Positions 44,501 through 55,878 of a DNA stretch of 64,000 nt are shown in pieces; position 1 is the first letter of the stretch, and every line of letters begins with the position of its first letter. This DNA is from Schizochytrium sp. TIO01. Lineage: Eukaryota; Protista; Bigyra: Labyrinthulomycetes. The stretch spans positions 4,464,001 through 4,528,000 of the forward strand of contig SMSO01000034.1 of NCBI GenBank assembly GCA_004764695.1, in the 5' to 3' direction. Under the pieces are notes generated by a model that did not search any database, was not told the origin of the DNA, and saw only the letters and a list, made by a program, of their open reading frames with translations. Both the position numbers and the translations under genes were made by a program.

Positions 44501-46172
44501 CACTGTTTAGTCTACCTTCAATGTCGCAGCCACGCCTCATTTCGCAGCATCGAGAGGACTCGCGAACGCTGTTCAGGCTGTGCTCCTCCAAGTTTTCGCA
44601 ACTCTGCAAAGGAAAACTATTCCAAGAAGCCATTTCTACCAATATCATGATTTCTCATGAGCATTTTGGAGTGTGAGCTCATTTGCGCTTAGCTCGCTCG
44701 TGGCAGTTTCCTGGCGTCATCGAACAAGCAAGCCGGCCTTCAGGTCGGGTTAATCGAGCTGCATATTTTACGCCTCAAGGTCACTTGCTTGGCCGAAGAT
44801 CATTGTTCATTCATTGATCGTGGTCGTGATTTATACTTGAGAAAGCCTTCACCAGAGATGTGCACGCACAAGTCTTCTCCTTTTATTTTTATTATTTTAT
44901 TTTTATTTTTAATTATTTATTTACTTATATAATAAAACATTTAGAAGAAAAAAAAAAGAAGAAGAAACGGAGCGATCCCTACACTCAGTTAGTCACTGTT
45001 ATTCCTACCATAGAAGGCAAAAAGTATGTTTTAGTATGTGTGTATATATATCTATATAGTTTTGTAGTAAGAGCGATAGAAAGCATTCTACTCTCTCCTG
45101 AAACTACCTAGAAGGTACTAGCGTTTACTGTATATGCGAGCGTTTATTAAAAAAGTATTTTTCATTATTAGTTTTTTCTTCTTCCTTCCATCAAATAGTA
45201 AGTGAAGAAAAGTAAATAAATATGTACGAGCCTTCAAAAGGGAAAAAAGGAACTTTTAGTTTCTTGGAAAAGGTGAAATGCCCAAAAAGCCAAACAAACC
45301 AATGATAAGCACTTGAGTCATGAGCGGGAATTAGAAAACTGGATGCTTCAGCACCGTCAAATGTTTCGGAGAGCTAGGATAACTGAGCTTACGCGAGTTG
45401 TGTTTAGTTTCACTCACTCCAGCTCTTCTGTTTCTTTCAGTTTCTTTTCTCTCCTGTTCTTCCTTCCTCTGAAAATCCCCCTTGTGTTTTCGCCACAGAC
45501 CAACCTTAAATACGCGTTGATTGCCTTGTAGACTACTGTGGATAAGCAGAAATACACGTGCCATCGGGGGTAGATTAAGGTGGAAATGCAGAACCCATTT
45601 TTCGTGCGTCGCGTGCCCCTTCGCTCTCTCTCGTGCAGGACCTCGGTCTCCGCGTGTTCAAGCGTGGTCTTCAGTCGATGAAGGTGCCACCAAGCCCCTC
45701 GGATTCTCACTGAAGAGCACAGAAGACCCCGCTGACCCAAGCGTAAACGCTGGGTGCTCCTGGCAACAGGCAGCAGTGTGGCTCATCGTCTCTCTTGGAG
45801 CGTGTGCTCGCATCATTCAACGCTCATTCATTTTACTAACTAAAGTACTTTTCACTCAAAGTTTATATTACATCACGATGCACAAACAACAAACACACAA
45901 ACAGCAAACCACAAACAATCCACAACGCCCAAGTTTGCACCATTCTCCAATTGTCTGACGAAAAACTTGGGGTCAAGAGCAATACCCCTGTCTGGCAAAC
46001 TCCGAATAGGAAAGGCGGCCAGAGTCCAAGTAAGAGTCGATCGATCGATCGATCAATCGATCAACTGATTGATCGTCCCCGGCCCAAAACTAACCTTGAA
46101 GCGAGTCAAGCTTACTCGGACGCGTGCGTGAACTCTTATATAAACTTTGAGATCCAATCGACGTAGACCACA

Positions 46173-47954
46173 ATGCGTAGGATGTCTGGCAGGCACAGCC
46201 TCGTGCTAGTGGTGTTGTACTCGTTGATTGTGGCAGTCCTTTCGATAAATCCTCGTGCGCGTACACGGGGTTTAAGAAAATATGGGCCTATAATGCCAGT
46301 CCAAGATGAACTCACAGATTTAAACGCAGGCAAGGTCTCAAGACGGAACCTTCTCGTAGATTGGGAATCTGTGAATGAGATTCCTAAATTTGTTGGATCA
46401 TTGCAGGGCAAAGTGTCTGGGGATTGGAAACACTTGTGCACGTGCGGACTTGTGGCGAGGGGCTGGGTCCTCACCAGCCTCGACTGCATGTATCTTTATG
46501 ACAACATTCCCATCCTTCGGGCTGTCTTCAATCGCGAGAACATTGACTCTAGCTCAAGTTTTGCAAAGACGATTTCGATCAACAAAAGTGGACGCAAAAC
46601 GAAGCCTGCGGCCAACCTTGTGCTACTGCCACTCACTTCGGAGATCTCGGCAACGCAGTTTGAGCCACTCCTTGTCAGCGCTCAGCCCAACGGGTACTAT
46701 GAGCAGGTTGGTCAGGCCCTCACTGTCACAACTTGGATTGATGCTAACAGTGATGGGCCCGCTTCTCTGAGTGAATTCTCTAGCATGAAGTCACTCGACT
46801 TGGAAATTCGGAACAGTGAGATGTGCACTACATACTTCAATGCCAGTAACGGCACTGAATCATCGGAACAGAGTTTCTGCGCCTCTGCATATGAATCTCT
46901 AGACAACACCACAGAGACTTGCTATGGTGATCTTGGTGCGCCTTTGTACACCTACGACTCAGACGGCAACGCTATTCTTGTGGGCGTCGTCCAGCAACGA
47001 AACGGATGTGTCGCCACTTCATACATTGCAGATGCCACACGCCCAAGCTTGTACCTTGACTGGATTGAGGAGAAAGTTGGCGAGTCAGTTGCAGCTCCTG
47101 AGCCCTCTATGGCACCTACCGTAGCTCCAACATTATTTCCCACAAATCTGCCAACTCCAGAACCAACCTTCGCGCCCACGATGACACCGACAATGGTTCC
47201 CACGAGATTTCCAACACCAGAGCCTACAAATATGCCAACACCAGAACCAACTCAGTTCCCAACGATGACCCCAACCACTGCTGCTCCTACAATGACGCCG
47301 ACTTTGTTCCCTACAAACCTGCCAACTGTTGCACCAACCATGAAACCTACCAATAACTGGACTGATGCACCTACGGCAGCCCCGTCTGCTGTGTATCCAA
47401 TTTACGTCACGCCGTCCCCAACACCAGACACAGACGATGCTGCGAACCCGTCGACTACCACTGGATCAACCAATAGCGGTGGCTTTGATCTTAGTTCCTC
47501 TGCTCCGATCATTGGTGCTGTAGGAGGAGTAATTGGCGTTGGAATTGCGTTTTCTGTCGTCTTTGCAGCTTATCGCCGTCGCCACCGCCGCCGCTCCTTA
47601 CAGCGTGGAAGTCGCTCCGATGTGCAACTTTCGCCGTTCGACCATGATGACAATGACAGCGATTTTGGGGCTGGCGGGTCCTTCAAAAAACGGGACATGT
47701 ATGAAGACCATCACAGCGATGCAAGCACCGAAACCTTACGCAGTGGCTGGGGAGGTGAAGGCCCTGCACTCAATGGACGGTCTTTAACACGCGAGAACCC
47801 GGTCTTCATTGATCCGCAGACGTCTGAACACATGCAACAAACTCGTGTCGTTATTGGGGACACCCCACCCCCCCCGCCACCACCACCCCCTGGCTTTGCG
47901 GCTCGCATTCGTTCACACAGATTCATTCCCAAACGTATCTCGGCCATTATCTAG
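46173..47954 (+). CDS. Type I membrane protein: catalytically inactive trypsin-like (S1) domain, Pro/Thr stalk, TM helix, polyproline tail
   Basis: Signal peptide; HLCTCGLVARGWVLTSLDC, ANLVLLPL, FCA, TCYGDLGAPL, LVGVV, YLDWI follow the S1 fold; PT repeats; TM IIGAVGGVIGVGIAFSVVFAAY followed by RRRHRRR. Confidence 0.88.
   Translation: MRRMSGRHSLVLVVLYSLIVAVLSINPRARTRGLRKYGPIMPVQDELTDLNAGKVSRRNLLVDWESVNEIPKFVGSLQGKVSGDWKHLCTCGLVARGWVLTSLDCMYLYDNIPILRAVFNRENIDSSSSFAKTISINKSGRKTKPAANLVLLPLTSEISATQFEPLLVSAQPNGYYEQVGQALTVTTWIDANSDGPASLSEFSSMKSLDLEIRNSEMCTTYFNASNGTESSEQSFCASAYESLDNTTETCYGDLGAPLYTYDSDGNAILVGVVQQRNGCVATSYIADATRPSLYLDWIEEKVGESVAAPEPSMAPTVAPTLFPTNLPTPEPTFAPTMTPTMVPTRFPTPEPTNMPTPEPTQFPTMTPTTAAPTMTPTLFPTNLPTVAPTMKPTNNWTDAPTAAPSAVYPIYVTPSPTPDTDDAANPSTTTGSTNSGGFDLSSSAPIIGAVGGVIGVGIAFSVVFAAYRRRHRRRSLQRGSRSDVQLSPFDHDDNDSDFGAGGSFKKRDMYEDHHSDASTETLRSGWGGEGPALNGRSLTRENPVFIDPQTSEHMQQTRVVIGDTPPPPPPPPPGFAARIRSHRFIPKRISAII
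47100..47420 (+). repeat. Coding PT-repeat stalk (xxPT tetrapeptides)
   Basis: More than 20 tetrapeptide units such as MAPT, VAPT, LFPT, NLPT, PEPT. Confidence 0.85.
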
Positions 47955-48261
47955 TCTGGCAGGACTGGGACGCCATATTGGCTATATATCATCTGTGCAC
48001 TACCTATGTGATAAGGTGTGTGCGAAAAGCAACTCGCAAAGCCTGAGCTTGACAATCGGCGCATATGGCGTATACCTCTGCCTTGCGCAGCACCCATACG
48101 TTGCCTAGTTTGGGCTCGCTGCGAGGCAGATCCATGCTTACAGTGTAAGAGAAAGCTCAAGAAAGTAAATGCTGAAAATGGGTTCCGGAGACTTCAAAGC
48201 GCTCTCAACGGTAACTAAAACTCAGAAGGCTAAGGAAGGGCGAATGAAAAGGAGAAGAAAA

Positions 48262-48296
48262 TGAAGAAGAAGAAGAAGAAGAAGAAGAAGAAGAAG
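48262..48296. repeat. (GAA)n microsatellite
   Basis: About 11 units. Confidence 0.9.
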
Positions 48297-48681
48297 CAAG
48301 TCCCTGGGGACGGACGGAGTTGTGTTTGCGTATGTGTGTATAGAGAGAAGGTCTAGGGCTTTAGCAAGCAGCGTCTGTCCAGCGCTACCAATATTGTGTG
48401 AGTATAATAATAATAATTGTAGAGGTTGCGCTAATTGTTAAATAGATAAAAGAAATTCAGCAATACCCGTCAAGGGAACGTATCACTGCATTACTGCATT
48501 GCACACGGAAGACTTGCTGCTGCCGGCTGTATCTAGCCGGACAACCAGGCAGTGATAAAAATTGCATCGCGCGGCGAGTTCTCTGAAGAAATTACGAAGC
48601 TGCTGCGTGTCTTGGCATTGGGCGCATTCGTTACAGCAGCAAGTGCAATCCATCAACTAGACGCAACAAGGCGAAAGAAAA

Positions 48682-49251
48682 ATGGATATCAAAACTGAGC
48701 GTCGAATTGCGCAATATAAAGCTCAGCAGCGCGAAAAGCGAGCTGTGCAACGGCAGCTTTCAGGGAAGGCAAGCGTATCTTCTGCGGAGCGTGCCAGAAA
48801 GGAGAGGATGGTGGAAGCCAAAAAGCGTCGACCTGGGTTTGGCAGCTCTTCTTCAAGTGTAGCAGATCATCTCAATGAGGTCTGCGGACTTACGGAGCAC
48901 AAATTGAGCAAGCGTGAAGAACGTGATCGTCGTATCGAGCAAGCTGCCAAGGAGGGCCATGGTTGCAGACGTTTCGAAGTTGCAGCCTCTCGAGCATCGG
49001 GTAGTGGTGGAGGTAATGGATATGCTTTTCAAGCCATTGCCCCTCGTCAACCACGTTCAAGGGCTGTTCAGGCAACACGCGCACCAAGCACAGTTCATCG
49101 ACTAGGAGGAGGAGGTTCTGGACCTGCCAATCACCCACACAACTCGGGTGAGTTGCGAGAGGCCAGGGCAGCGTTTCTTGCACGCCTCGAGGCAAAGAAA
49201 GGCAATAACAACGAGGACCTTGGTGAGGAACACGAAGATGAGAAGCAGTAA
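48682..49251 (+). CDS. Hypothetical basic, helical/disordered protein
   Basis: 189-codon ORF with an AAAATGG start context and an AT-rich 3' flank. No family recognised. Confidence 0.7.
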   Translation: MDIKTERRIAQYKAQQREKRAVQRQLSGKASVSSAERARKERMVEAKKRRPGFGSSSSSVADHLNEVCGLTEHKLSKREERDRRIEQAAKEGHGCRRFEVAASRASGSGGGNGYAFQAIAPRQPRSRAVQATRAPSTVHRLGGGGSGPANHPHNSGELREARAAFLARLEAKKGNNNEDLGEEHEDEKQ

Positions 49252-49785
49252 GAGCTCAACGCACTTTTCTATTATTCTTTGTATGTAATTTAAGCAACCT
49301 GCTCAATCATAATTGCCTTCCCTAACCCACTACTTGTTATTCTTGTCTCCATCATCCATCTTTAAGCTCTGCATTGTGTTCGTTGCTCTAATGACACATT
49401 TCTTGATCTTGTCTAATGAGCTACGCAATTCCTGTCATGAGCCAAATAGCATATTGAGATATAGTTTCTAATCATATTGTCACAAAAATAATTCTAACTA
49501 CTCAAGGAATTCAGTTTCTTTGTGCTTGTCGCATAATGTTGTATTATTTAAAGAGCAAATTAAATAAAAACAAGAAGAAGCTTACATGTTTAATTTTAGG
49601 TTTGAGCTATTCAAAAACATGATTGAAACGAAAAATTATGATTGATTAGTAAGTGATTCTGTTTTCTTAAAATTTGATATAGGCAGAAATAGCAGCATGC
49701 AATATAGCCAAGCACTTTGTCAGTGCGTACAACAATGTAACACGGTATGATTGATATCATCTACAGCCTCTTGTTCGGACAATTT

Positions 49786-52700
49786 TTACTTCTCAACTTT
49801 AGCGGAACCATTTGTCGTAATTTCCATATTGTCGCCATTCTCTGCTTTTTCGCTCGAAGGTTTTGATTCTTCTACCTTAACAGGTTCAGCTGGGTCATCC
49901 TTCTGAGCCTTCTTGTTTGCTGCGGATTTGCTATCTTCCTTAACGTCTGCCTCTGATGGATCAGGATCAGCAGCATCCTTTGCGACATCGCTTGGGTCTT
50001 GTTTCACAGTAGCCTCTGATTCATCGCCTCCAGTTCCGTTGCCCTTCTTCGACTTAATAGCTTCCTTCTTACGAGCTGCAGCAGCAACAGCAGCCGTGGA
50101 GTCAGACTTTTTCCGTTGCATTTCAAGAGCGTATGACATCATCAAAGTTCGCTTTGAGCGCGCAACGAGTTCTACAACAGTTCGCAAACGGTTCAAGAAC
50201 ATTACTACGGATGGGAAAGGGTACATGTTGCCCTTCTTCTCCGCGCCCTCGGCACCTTCAGCTGCAACAGCAGTTTCGTCAGGTTTTGAAGCAGATTCAA
50301 CGGCCACGTTACCCTCTCCAGCGGCCTTCTCATCCTCATCTTCATCTTCATCCTCATCTTCATCTTCTTCATCAGCATCGTCCTTTGATTTTTCTGACTT
50401 TGACTTTGACGGATCGTCTTGGTCGGACGTCTTCTTCCGCTTGCGAGTATGAGATGCACCTGTAGTTTGGTCACAAATAGCGTGGAAGGGAAACTCCGGG
50501 TCGGCACGGACCGCATCTGCCGCCTGGAAATTGCCAATTCCATGACGAGATGAACCATGAAGCATAGCCAAATCATGTTCAGGGGTCCACCAATCAGGCA
50601 TACGAGTACGCTTCTTCGAGCCCAATTGCTTCTCGTAACGCTGGATGATGCTGACAAGTTCATCATCAGAAAGCGAAAGAACTGAACCACGAAGATCTCG
50701 CAAGACCTTAATTCGCTCCATCAGCTTTCGGGCAGAACCTGTGGACCCTAGGATAACCTTGGTACGCTCAATTTGCATATCAGGACGCAAGCGAAGCTGA
50801 ACGGCGTCCTGAACAACGAGTTTGACTTGGTCTTCCACCATCTCAGGTGTCTTCTTCTTAAGCTTGGCATGGCGCATAAAGTCCTCGTAGGTCATGTGCC
50901 ACTTGGGGTCAATAGGTTTTTCTGAGGGGACGCCCCATCGGATCAAGGTCTTGAACAACGCCTTAAGCTCTGCACGAGTCCATTCCGAGGAAATCTCCTT
51001 AGCGCGAGACTTGGGCTTTACTGCTGCTGCTGCCTTGGCAAGACGTTTGGCCTCCTTGCGAGCCTCACGGCGCGCCTGTGTTGCCTCGGCTCTCTTTGCC
51101 TTGCGCGTTTGTGCACTGAACCAATCAACAACACGTTTCGCACGTAGGCCAAGCTTGTGGTTACGTGGCCATGTGGCATCAGAGTCAACATCCCGAGAAT
51201 CTTCCTCGACATCAGCCATCTTCGCATCCTTGTCCTTGTCTTCCTTCTTGTCATCCTTCTTGTCATCCTCAGACTCCTTGACGGAAACCTTTTCCATTTT
51301 CTCTGAGTCCTTCTCCTTCTTCTCATCGTTGCTGGTGTCCTCTTTCTCCTCTTTCTCCTCTTTCTCTTTGTCAACCTCCATCTTGGAGTCATCGTCAGCT
51401 TTTTCGGCCTTGCCATCTTCCTCGGCATCTTCCTCAGCAAGAGGAGGGTTTTTAGAAAAGTGAAGAGACGAATCTGTGCGAATCTTAGAAAAGGTATCAC
51501 CTGAACGACGAGGGTCCCAACCGTAGTCATAGAGACCCTTGATCAAAGTCAAGTCATCAGCAGGTTGCCACCAGTCGACAGGTGGGATACCCGGAATCTT
51601 GGGGAAAGCGTCCAGCATCAATTTCCCTGTCTCCTTATCGGTAAATTTCTGAATGATAACTTGCATCGTCGCATGTTTCTCAAAGATACGAATGTATTTC
51701 GCCGCAGACTCCTGGGCGCGGCTTGCCGTACGCTCATTGTAAGCATAGCCGCGACGCATCTGGCGGTGCTCATCCCGAGCCTCGCCTTCGAGATCAGAGT
51801 CATCTGAATCTGAGTCCTCAAGCTTGAAGCTATCTTCCTCGGCAGCAGCACTCTCAGGTTTTTTGGCTTCCTCATCGTCTTTTGCTTCAACATCCATCTT
51901 GGATTCATCAGGTTTGTCAGATGATTCCTTGATCTCACTCTTTGCAGTAGTATCATCGGTGGCAGAGTTTTCAGCACCCTCAGTACCTTCTTCGGAGTTA
52001 GCTAACTCAGTGGTAGCAGCCTCGGGCTTAGGAAGCTCATTGCGAGACTCGGGCAGGATACGGCGGCGAGTGACCAAAACATCAGGGATAATCCAGTTCT
52101 TCCCAGCCACAAGATCCGTGATCAGTTGCCTGTGAGTATCGTTAAAATCGATCTGAGAAACGCGGCTACGAATACCCTCTACCAGCTGAGCATGAGTCAT
52201 GTTCACGAGCTGGAAGTCAGAAAGACGGCCTGAGTCCGTCACATCCTGGATGTCACTGTCGTCGTCATCCTCCTCCTCCTCGCTATCCTCAGCTGCAGGG
52301 GATGCTGGAGCATCTTCAGAGCCTCGCTGTTTCTTCTTTGGTTCCTGGCGCTTGAAAATGCAAAAGATGAGAAAGCCACGGACAGCGTTCTCCACGTCGT
52401 CCTTAGTAAAGCGACCAGGGAAACGTTTCTCAATATCATCATATGCCCGCTCCCAACGACCGTAGCCAAACTTTTGGATCGCTGCAAACAACATGTGGTA
52501 GTGCTTCTTTTGCCATAGCTTACGACCATTTTCGTCTTCATCCTTACGAGGCTCAGTAACGTCTTCCTCATCGTCGTCATCGTCATCTTCCTCATCATCA
52601 TCTTCTTCACCGTCGTACAAGCCCATTGCCGCAAATCCATTACCAGCGTAATTGACTTTGTTCTTGCCACGGCGGCGAGAACGACGATCGCCATCATCTT

Positions 52701-55700
52701 CCTCTTCCTCTTCTTCCTTTGCCTTTAGACCTACGACCTTAGTCCAGAACTCAGGGTCATTAATATCAAGGCTTGTATCATTATCAGATGCAACGAATGT
52801 TGCCTTCGAAAGACGGTTATCTTCCTTGGAAGTTGCCATAAGCTTTGCTCTGCTGCTAAGAATCTCGTCAATATCAGCATTCATGAATTGCTGAGCAGCA
52901 GCATCATCATCACCATCAGCAGTCAGAGCGTACGCACCATACTTAAGCAGGCGCTCAGTCTCAAGGTCTTGCTCACGCTTTGACTTAGCCTTTTCACGAG
53001 CGCTCTTCGATTTCTCTGCACCTTCTTCTTTTGTTATACCACTCATGACAGCGTGATCCAAACCAAGTTTCATCGAAGCTTTCTCAAACATTGTATACTC
53101 ATAGGTCTTTCGAGTAATGAGGCGGTAGACCATGACTCGTTTGGTTTGCCCAATACGGTGACAACGAGCAAGCGCCTGGACATCATTTTGAGGGTTCCAA
53201 TCTCCATCATACATGATAACGGTGTCTGCTGCTGTTAAGTTAATACCTTGACCACAGCCGCGGGTACTGAGCAAAAAGGCAAACGCTTGTGAGCTCTTGC
53301 TTGAGAAACGATCAATTGCAAACTGACGGTCCACACCGCGGACACTACCATCAATGCGTTCATATGCATAGTTACGATACAAGAGGTAATCTTCAAGGAT
53401 ATCAAGCATCCGAGTCATCTGACTGAAGATGAGCACACGATGCCCTTCATCCTTGAGCTTCGGCAGGAGTTTGTCCAAAAGAATCAATTTACCACTCGCA
53501 TTGATCAGCTTGTGGAAAACATGGCTTTGCCGTTCTTCCTGGGTAGCACTCTTCGAAGGTGGGTCATCCTTGAGCACCTTTGATTCCACGCCATCGATAA
53601 GGTATGGATGGCAGCAGCACTTGCGAAGCTCCATTGCTACGTTGTTCAGAGACACTCGCGCGCCCTGGACCACACCGGCCAACAAGTACTCGGTATTCTT
53701 CTCGTAGATAGCACGGTAGAAGCGTTTTTGCATCGAAGTCAATTCCACTTCAATCATAGTATCCTCACGCTCAGGCAACGGCTCGACTTCGGATTTAATA
53801 CGACGAAGCATGTAGGGACGGAGACGATCATGAAAACGATCCATTTCTTCGGCAGTTTTCATACTGCCAAACTTCTCCTTAAATTGGTCCAACGAGGCAA
53901 AGTCCTCAGGGGCAATAAAATTCAGAAGCGTCCACAGCTCTGGAAGGCTGTTTTGAATTGGCGTACCAGTAAGAAGAAGCGATGCGCGGTATTTGAAGCT
54001 TTCACGCAAGCACACCGTTAGCTTTGAGTCGCGGTTCTTGAGGCGATGGGCTTCATCGACAATGAGTAAATCCCACTTGAAGCGACGTAACATTGAAGCA
54101 TCAGCCAAGATAGTCTCATAGTTGGTGACAATGACGTCGAATTTCGGGAGACCACCAGGTCCCTTAATGACAGAACGGCCATCATCCCAGAAAAACTCCT
54201 TAGCTCTAATCAATTCGCGACCCTCTGCGCTTCCGTGGTAGGTAATACAGTTAAAGTCTGTCCAGGCTTCGAATTCGCGCTGCCAGTGCGGTAAAGTTGC
54301 CAAGGGGGCAACCACGAGGAAGGGGCCGTTACGGTTGAACTGATGGCGAAGGCGGTGTGTAAAAGTGACTGTCTGGCAGGTCTTACCGAGACCCATCTCA
54401 TCAGCAAGGATAGAGTTACGCCCACTCGTGAAGTTAACAGCAAGCCAGGTCACGGCTTCGACCTGGTAGGTACGCAGCTTCCGGCCATTCCTAAAAGACT
54501 GGGCAGAGGAGTAGTCAGATTGTTGTTCACCGACCTTATTGCGGTTGCGCCGGAAAGCCACACTGTTCCGTAGATCATGAAGCTCTAGCCTCTCTTGAAT
54601 ACCAGCTCGGTCCTTCAAATCGCTCCAAAGCTCCCAAGTGGCGTCTTCATAGCCTTGAGACTTCCATTTAACAAGATATTCCCAGGAAACAGCTTCTTCG
54701 CCTTTTTTCTTGTTGGTCTGTTTTGCACCAGGTGTGTTCTCATCCGTTGGGGTCTCATCCTCATCTTCATCCACAAAGGTGTTATAGTCTACAAGGCGAT
54801 CAACTTGCTGCATGTCATTAAGTTCTTCGGCATCCATCATCGCAAAACTGTGCTCCAATTTGCGCACGTGCCGCTCCACCATTGCGTTGTCTGAAAAGAA
54901 AGCGCGAAGACCCTTGGCAGTTTCCCAAGATACGTGAATAAATGCGTTGTTTAACCACTTGACTAAGTAGCGGGTTTCCTGCTTGCGAAGCTTCTTCTTG
55001 GACAACTTAGGCTTGCGCTTGCGGCGCTTGTTGGCACCACTCAGATTGCTACGGGTTTCATCATCATCTTCCTCACCAGAGTTCTCTGCTGCACTTTCTT
55101 CAAAGCTCAGCATTTCGCGACGACGACCATTCAGTACACGGGAGGTGTTCATGTCTTTGCAGAACTCCATCCATTCACCCTTAGTCTTGCGGTGATGAGC
55201 AAGAAGCTTTTCAATCTTCAATTCAGCGCCCTCCTCCTCTTGACGCGGTGGGGAGCCATTTCTATCCTCATCCTCGTCCTCATCGTCTTCATCATCGTCG
55301 TCGTCCTCGTCTTCATCGTCGTCGTCGTCGTCCTCATCTTCTTCATCCTCTTCGTCATCAACGTCCATGTCATCTTCATCGTCGTCTTTATTGAGTTTGG
55401 AAGTAGTCTTCTTCTTGCCACCGCGGGTTTTATTCGCCACAATATTGCTTGCATTTCCCTTGCGATCGCCTGCTCCACGCCGGCGCTTGTTCGGGGACGA
55501 AGGGTCGCCGGCCTTTAGTTTAGCTTCGCCAGCACCACGTTTGTTGCCCGAAGCCACGGCCTTAGATCCCTTTTCAGAGCCTGAGGTATCTCCATCCTCA
55601 TCCTCATTTTCAGAGTGCTCCTTGTAATTCGTCGAAACGCGTTCACGAGTGCTGCGTCGAGGCGGGGAAGATGCCGCTGCGGGTTTGGGACCACGCTTAC

Positions 55701-55878
55701 TCGTAGTCCCCACACTACTGTCAGGAGTGCTACTCGCAGACGTGGATCCTCGTTTGCGGCCTCTTCCACTTGGCGCAGCACCTGCCTCGGATTTGGCAGC
55801 GGTGTTATCCTCAGCAGCCTTATTAGCGGCGGCATCGTCGCGAGTTGCACCACGTCTGGGACGACTGGCAGCAGGCAT
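49786..55878 (-). CDS. Chromodomain-helicase-DNA-binding protein, CHD6-9/Kismet-like
   Basis: Tandem chromodomains (RYLVKW..IHVSWE; EYLVKWKSQGYEDATWE). SNF2 ATPase LRTYQ, ILADEMGLGKT, DEAH, TGTPIQN, ELRKCCCHPYL, VLIFSQM, ARCHRIGQ. Two SANT/SLIDE-like modules (DWWQPADD..GLYDYGW; WTRAE..; PDWWTPEHD..RHG) as in CHD7-9. Confidence 0.95.
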   Translation of the reverse strand: MPAASRPRRGATRDDAAANKAAEDNTAAKSEAGAAPSGRGRKRGSTSASSTPDSSVGTTSKRGPKPAAASSPPRRSTRERVSTNYKEHSENEDEDGDTSGSEKGSKAVASGNKRGAGEAKLKAGDPSSPNKRRRGAGDRKGNASNIVANKTRGGKKKTTSKLNKDDDEDDMDVDDEEDEEDEDDDDDDEDEDDDDDEDDEDEDEDRNGSPPRQEEEGAELKIEKLLAHHRKTKGEWMEFCKDMNTSRVLNGRRREMLSFEESAAENSGEEDDDETRSNLSGANKRRKRKPKLSKKKLRKQETRYLVKWLNNAFIHVSWETAKGLRAFFSDNAMVERHVRKLEHSFAMMDAEELNDMQQVDRLVDYNTFVDEDEDETPTDENTPGAKQTNKKKGEEAVSWEYLVKWKSQGYEDATWELWSDLKDRAGIQERLELHDLRNSVAFRRNRNKVGEQQSDYSSAQSFRNGRKLRTYQVEAVTWLAVNFTSGRNSILADEMGLGKTCQTVTFTHRLRHQFNRNGPFLVVAPLATLPHWQREFEAWTDFNCITYHGSAEGRELIRAKEFFWDDGRSVIKGPGGLPKFDVIVTNYETILADASMLRRFKWDLLIVDEAHRLKNRDSKLTVCLRESFKYRASLLLTGTPIQNSLPELWTLLNFIAPEDFASLDQFKEKFGSMKTAEEMDRFHDRLRPYMLRRIKSEVEPLPEREDTMIEVELTSMQKRFYRAIYEKNTEYLLAGVVQGARVSLNNVAMELRKCCCHPYLIDGVESKVLKDDPPSKSATQEERQSHVFHKLINASGKLILLDKLLPKLKDEGHRVLIFSQMTRMLDILEDYLLYRNYAYERIDGSVRGVDRQFAIDRFSSKSSQAFAFLLSTRGCGQGINLTAADTVIMYDGDWNPQNDVQALARCHRIGQTKRVMVYRLITRKTYEYTMFEKASMKLGLDHAVMSGITKEEGAEKSKSAREKAKSKREQDLETERLLKYGAYALTADGDDDAAAQQFMNADIDEILSSRAKLMATSKEDNRLSKATFVASDNDTSLDINDPEFWTKVVGLKAKEEEEEEDDGDRRSRRRGKNKVNYAGNGFAAMGLYDGEEDDDEEDDDDDDEEDVTEPRKDEDENGRKLWQKKHYHMLFAAIQKFGYGRWERAYDDIEKRFPGRFTKDDVENAVRGFLIFCIFKRQEPKKKQRGSEDAPASPAAEDSEEEEDDDDSDIQDVTDSGRLSDFQLVNMTHAQLVEGIRSRVSQIDFNDTHRQLITDLVAGKNWIIPDVLVTRRRILPESRNELPKPEAATTELANSEEGTEGAENSATDDTTAKSEIKESSDKPDESKMDVEAKDDEEAKKPESAAAEEDSFKLEDSDSDDSDLEGEARDEHRQMRRGYAYNERTASRAQESAAKYIRIFEKHATMQVIIQKFTDKETGKLMLDAFPKIPGIPPVDWWQPADDLTLIKGLYDYGWDPRRSGDTFSKIRTDSSLHFSKNPPLAEEDAEEDGKAEKADDDSKMEVDKEKEEKEEKEDTSNDEKKEKDSEKMEKVSVKESEDDKKDDKKEDKDKDAKMADVEEDSRDVDSDATWPRNHKLGLRAKRVVDWFSAQTRKAKRAEATQARREARKEAKRLAKAAAAVKPKSRAKEISSEWTRAELKALFKTLIRWGVPSEKPIDPKWHMTYEDFMRHAKLKKKTPEMVEDQVKLVVQDAVQLRLRPDMQIERTKVILGSTGSARKLMERIKVLRDLRGSVLSLSDDELVSIIQRYEKQLGSKKRTRMPDWWTPEHDLAMLHGSSRHGIGNFQAADAVRADPEFPFHAICDQTTGASHTRKRKKTSDQDDPSKSKSEKSKDDADEEDEDEDEDEDEDEKAAGEGNVAVESASKPDETAVAAEGAEGAEKKGNMYPFPSVVMFLNRLRTVVELVARSKRTLMMSYALEMQRKKSDSTAAVAAAARKKEAIKSKKGNGTGGDESEATVKQDPSDVAKDAADPDPSEADVKEDSKSAANKKAQKDDPAEPVKVEESKPSSEKAENGDNMEITTNGSAKVEK

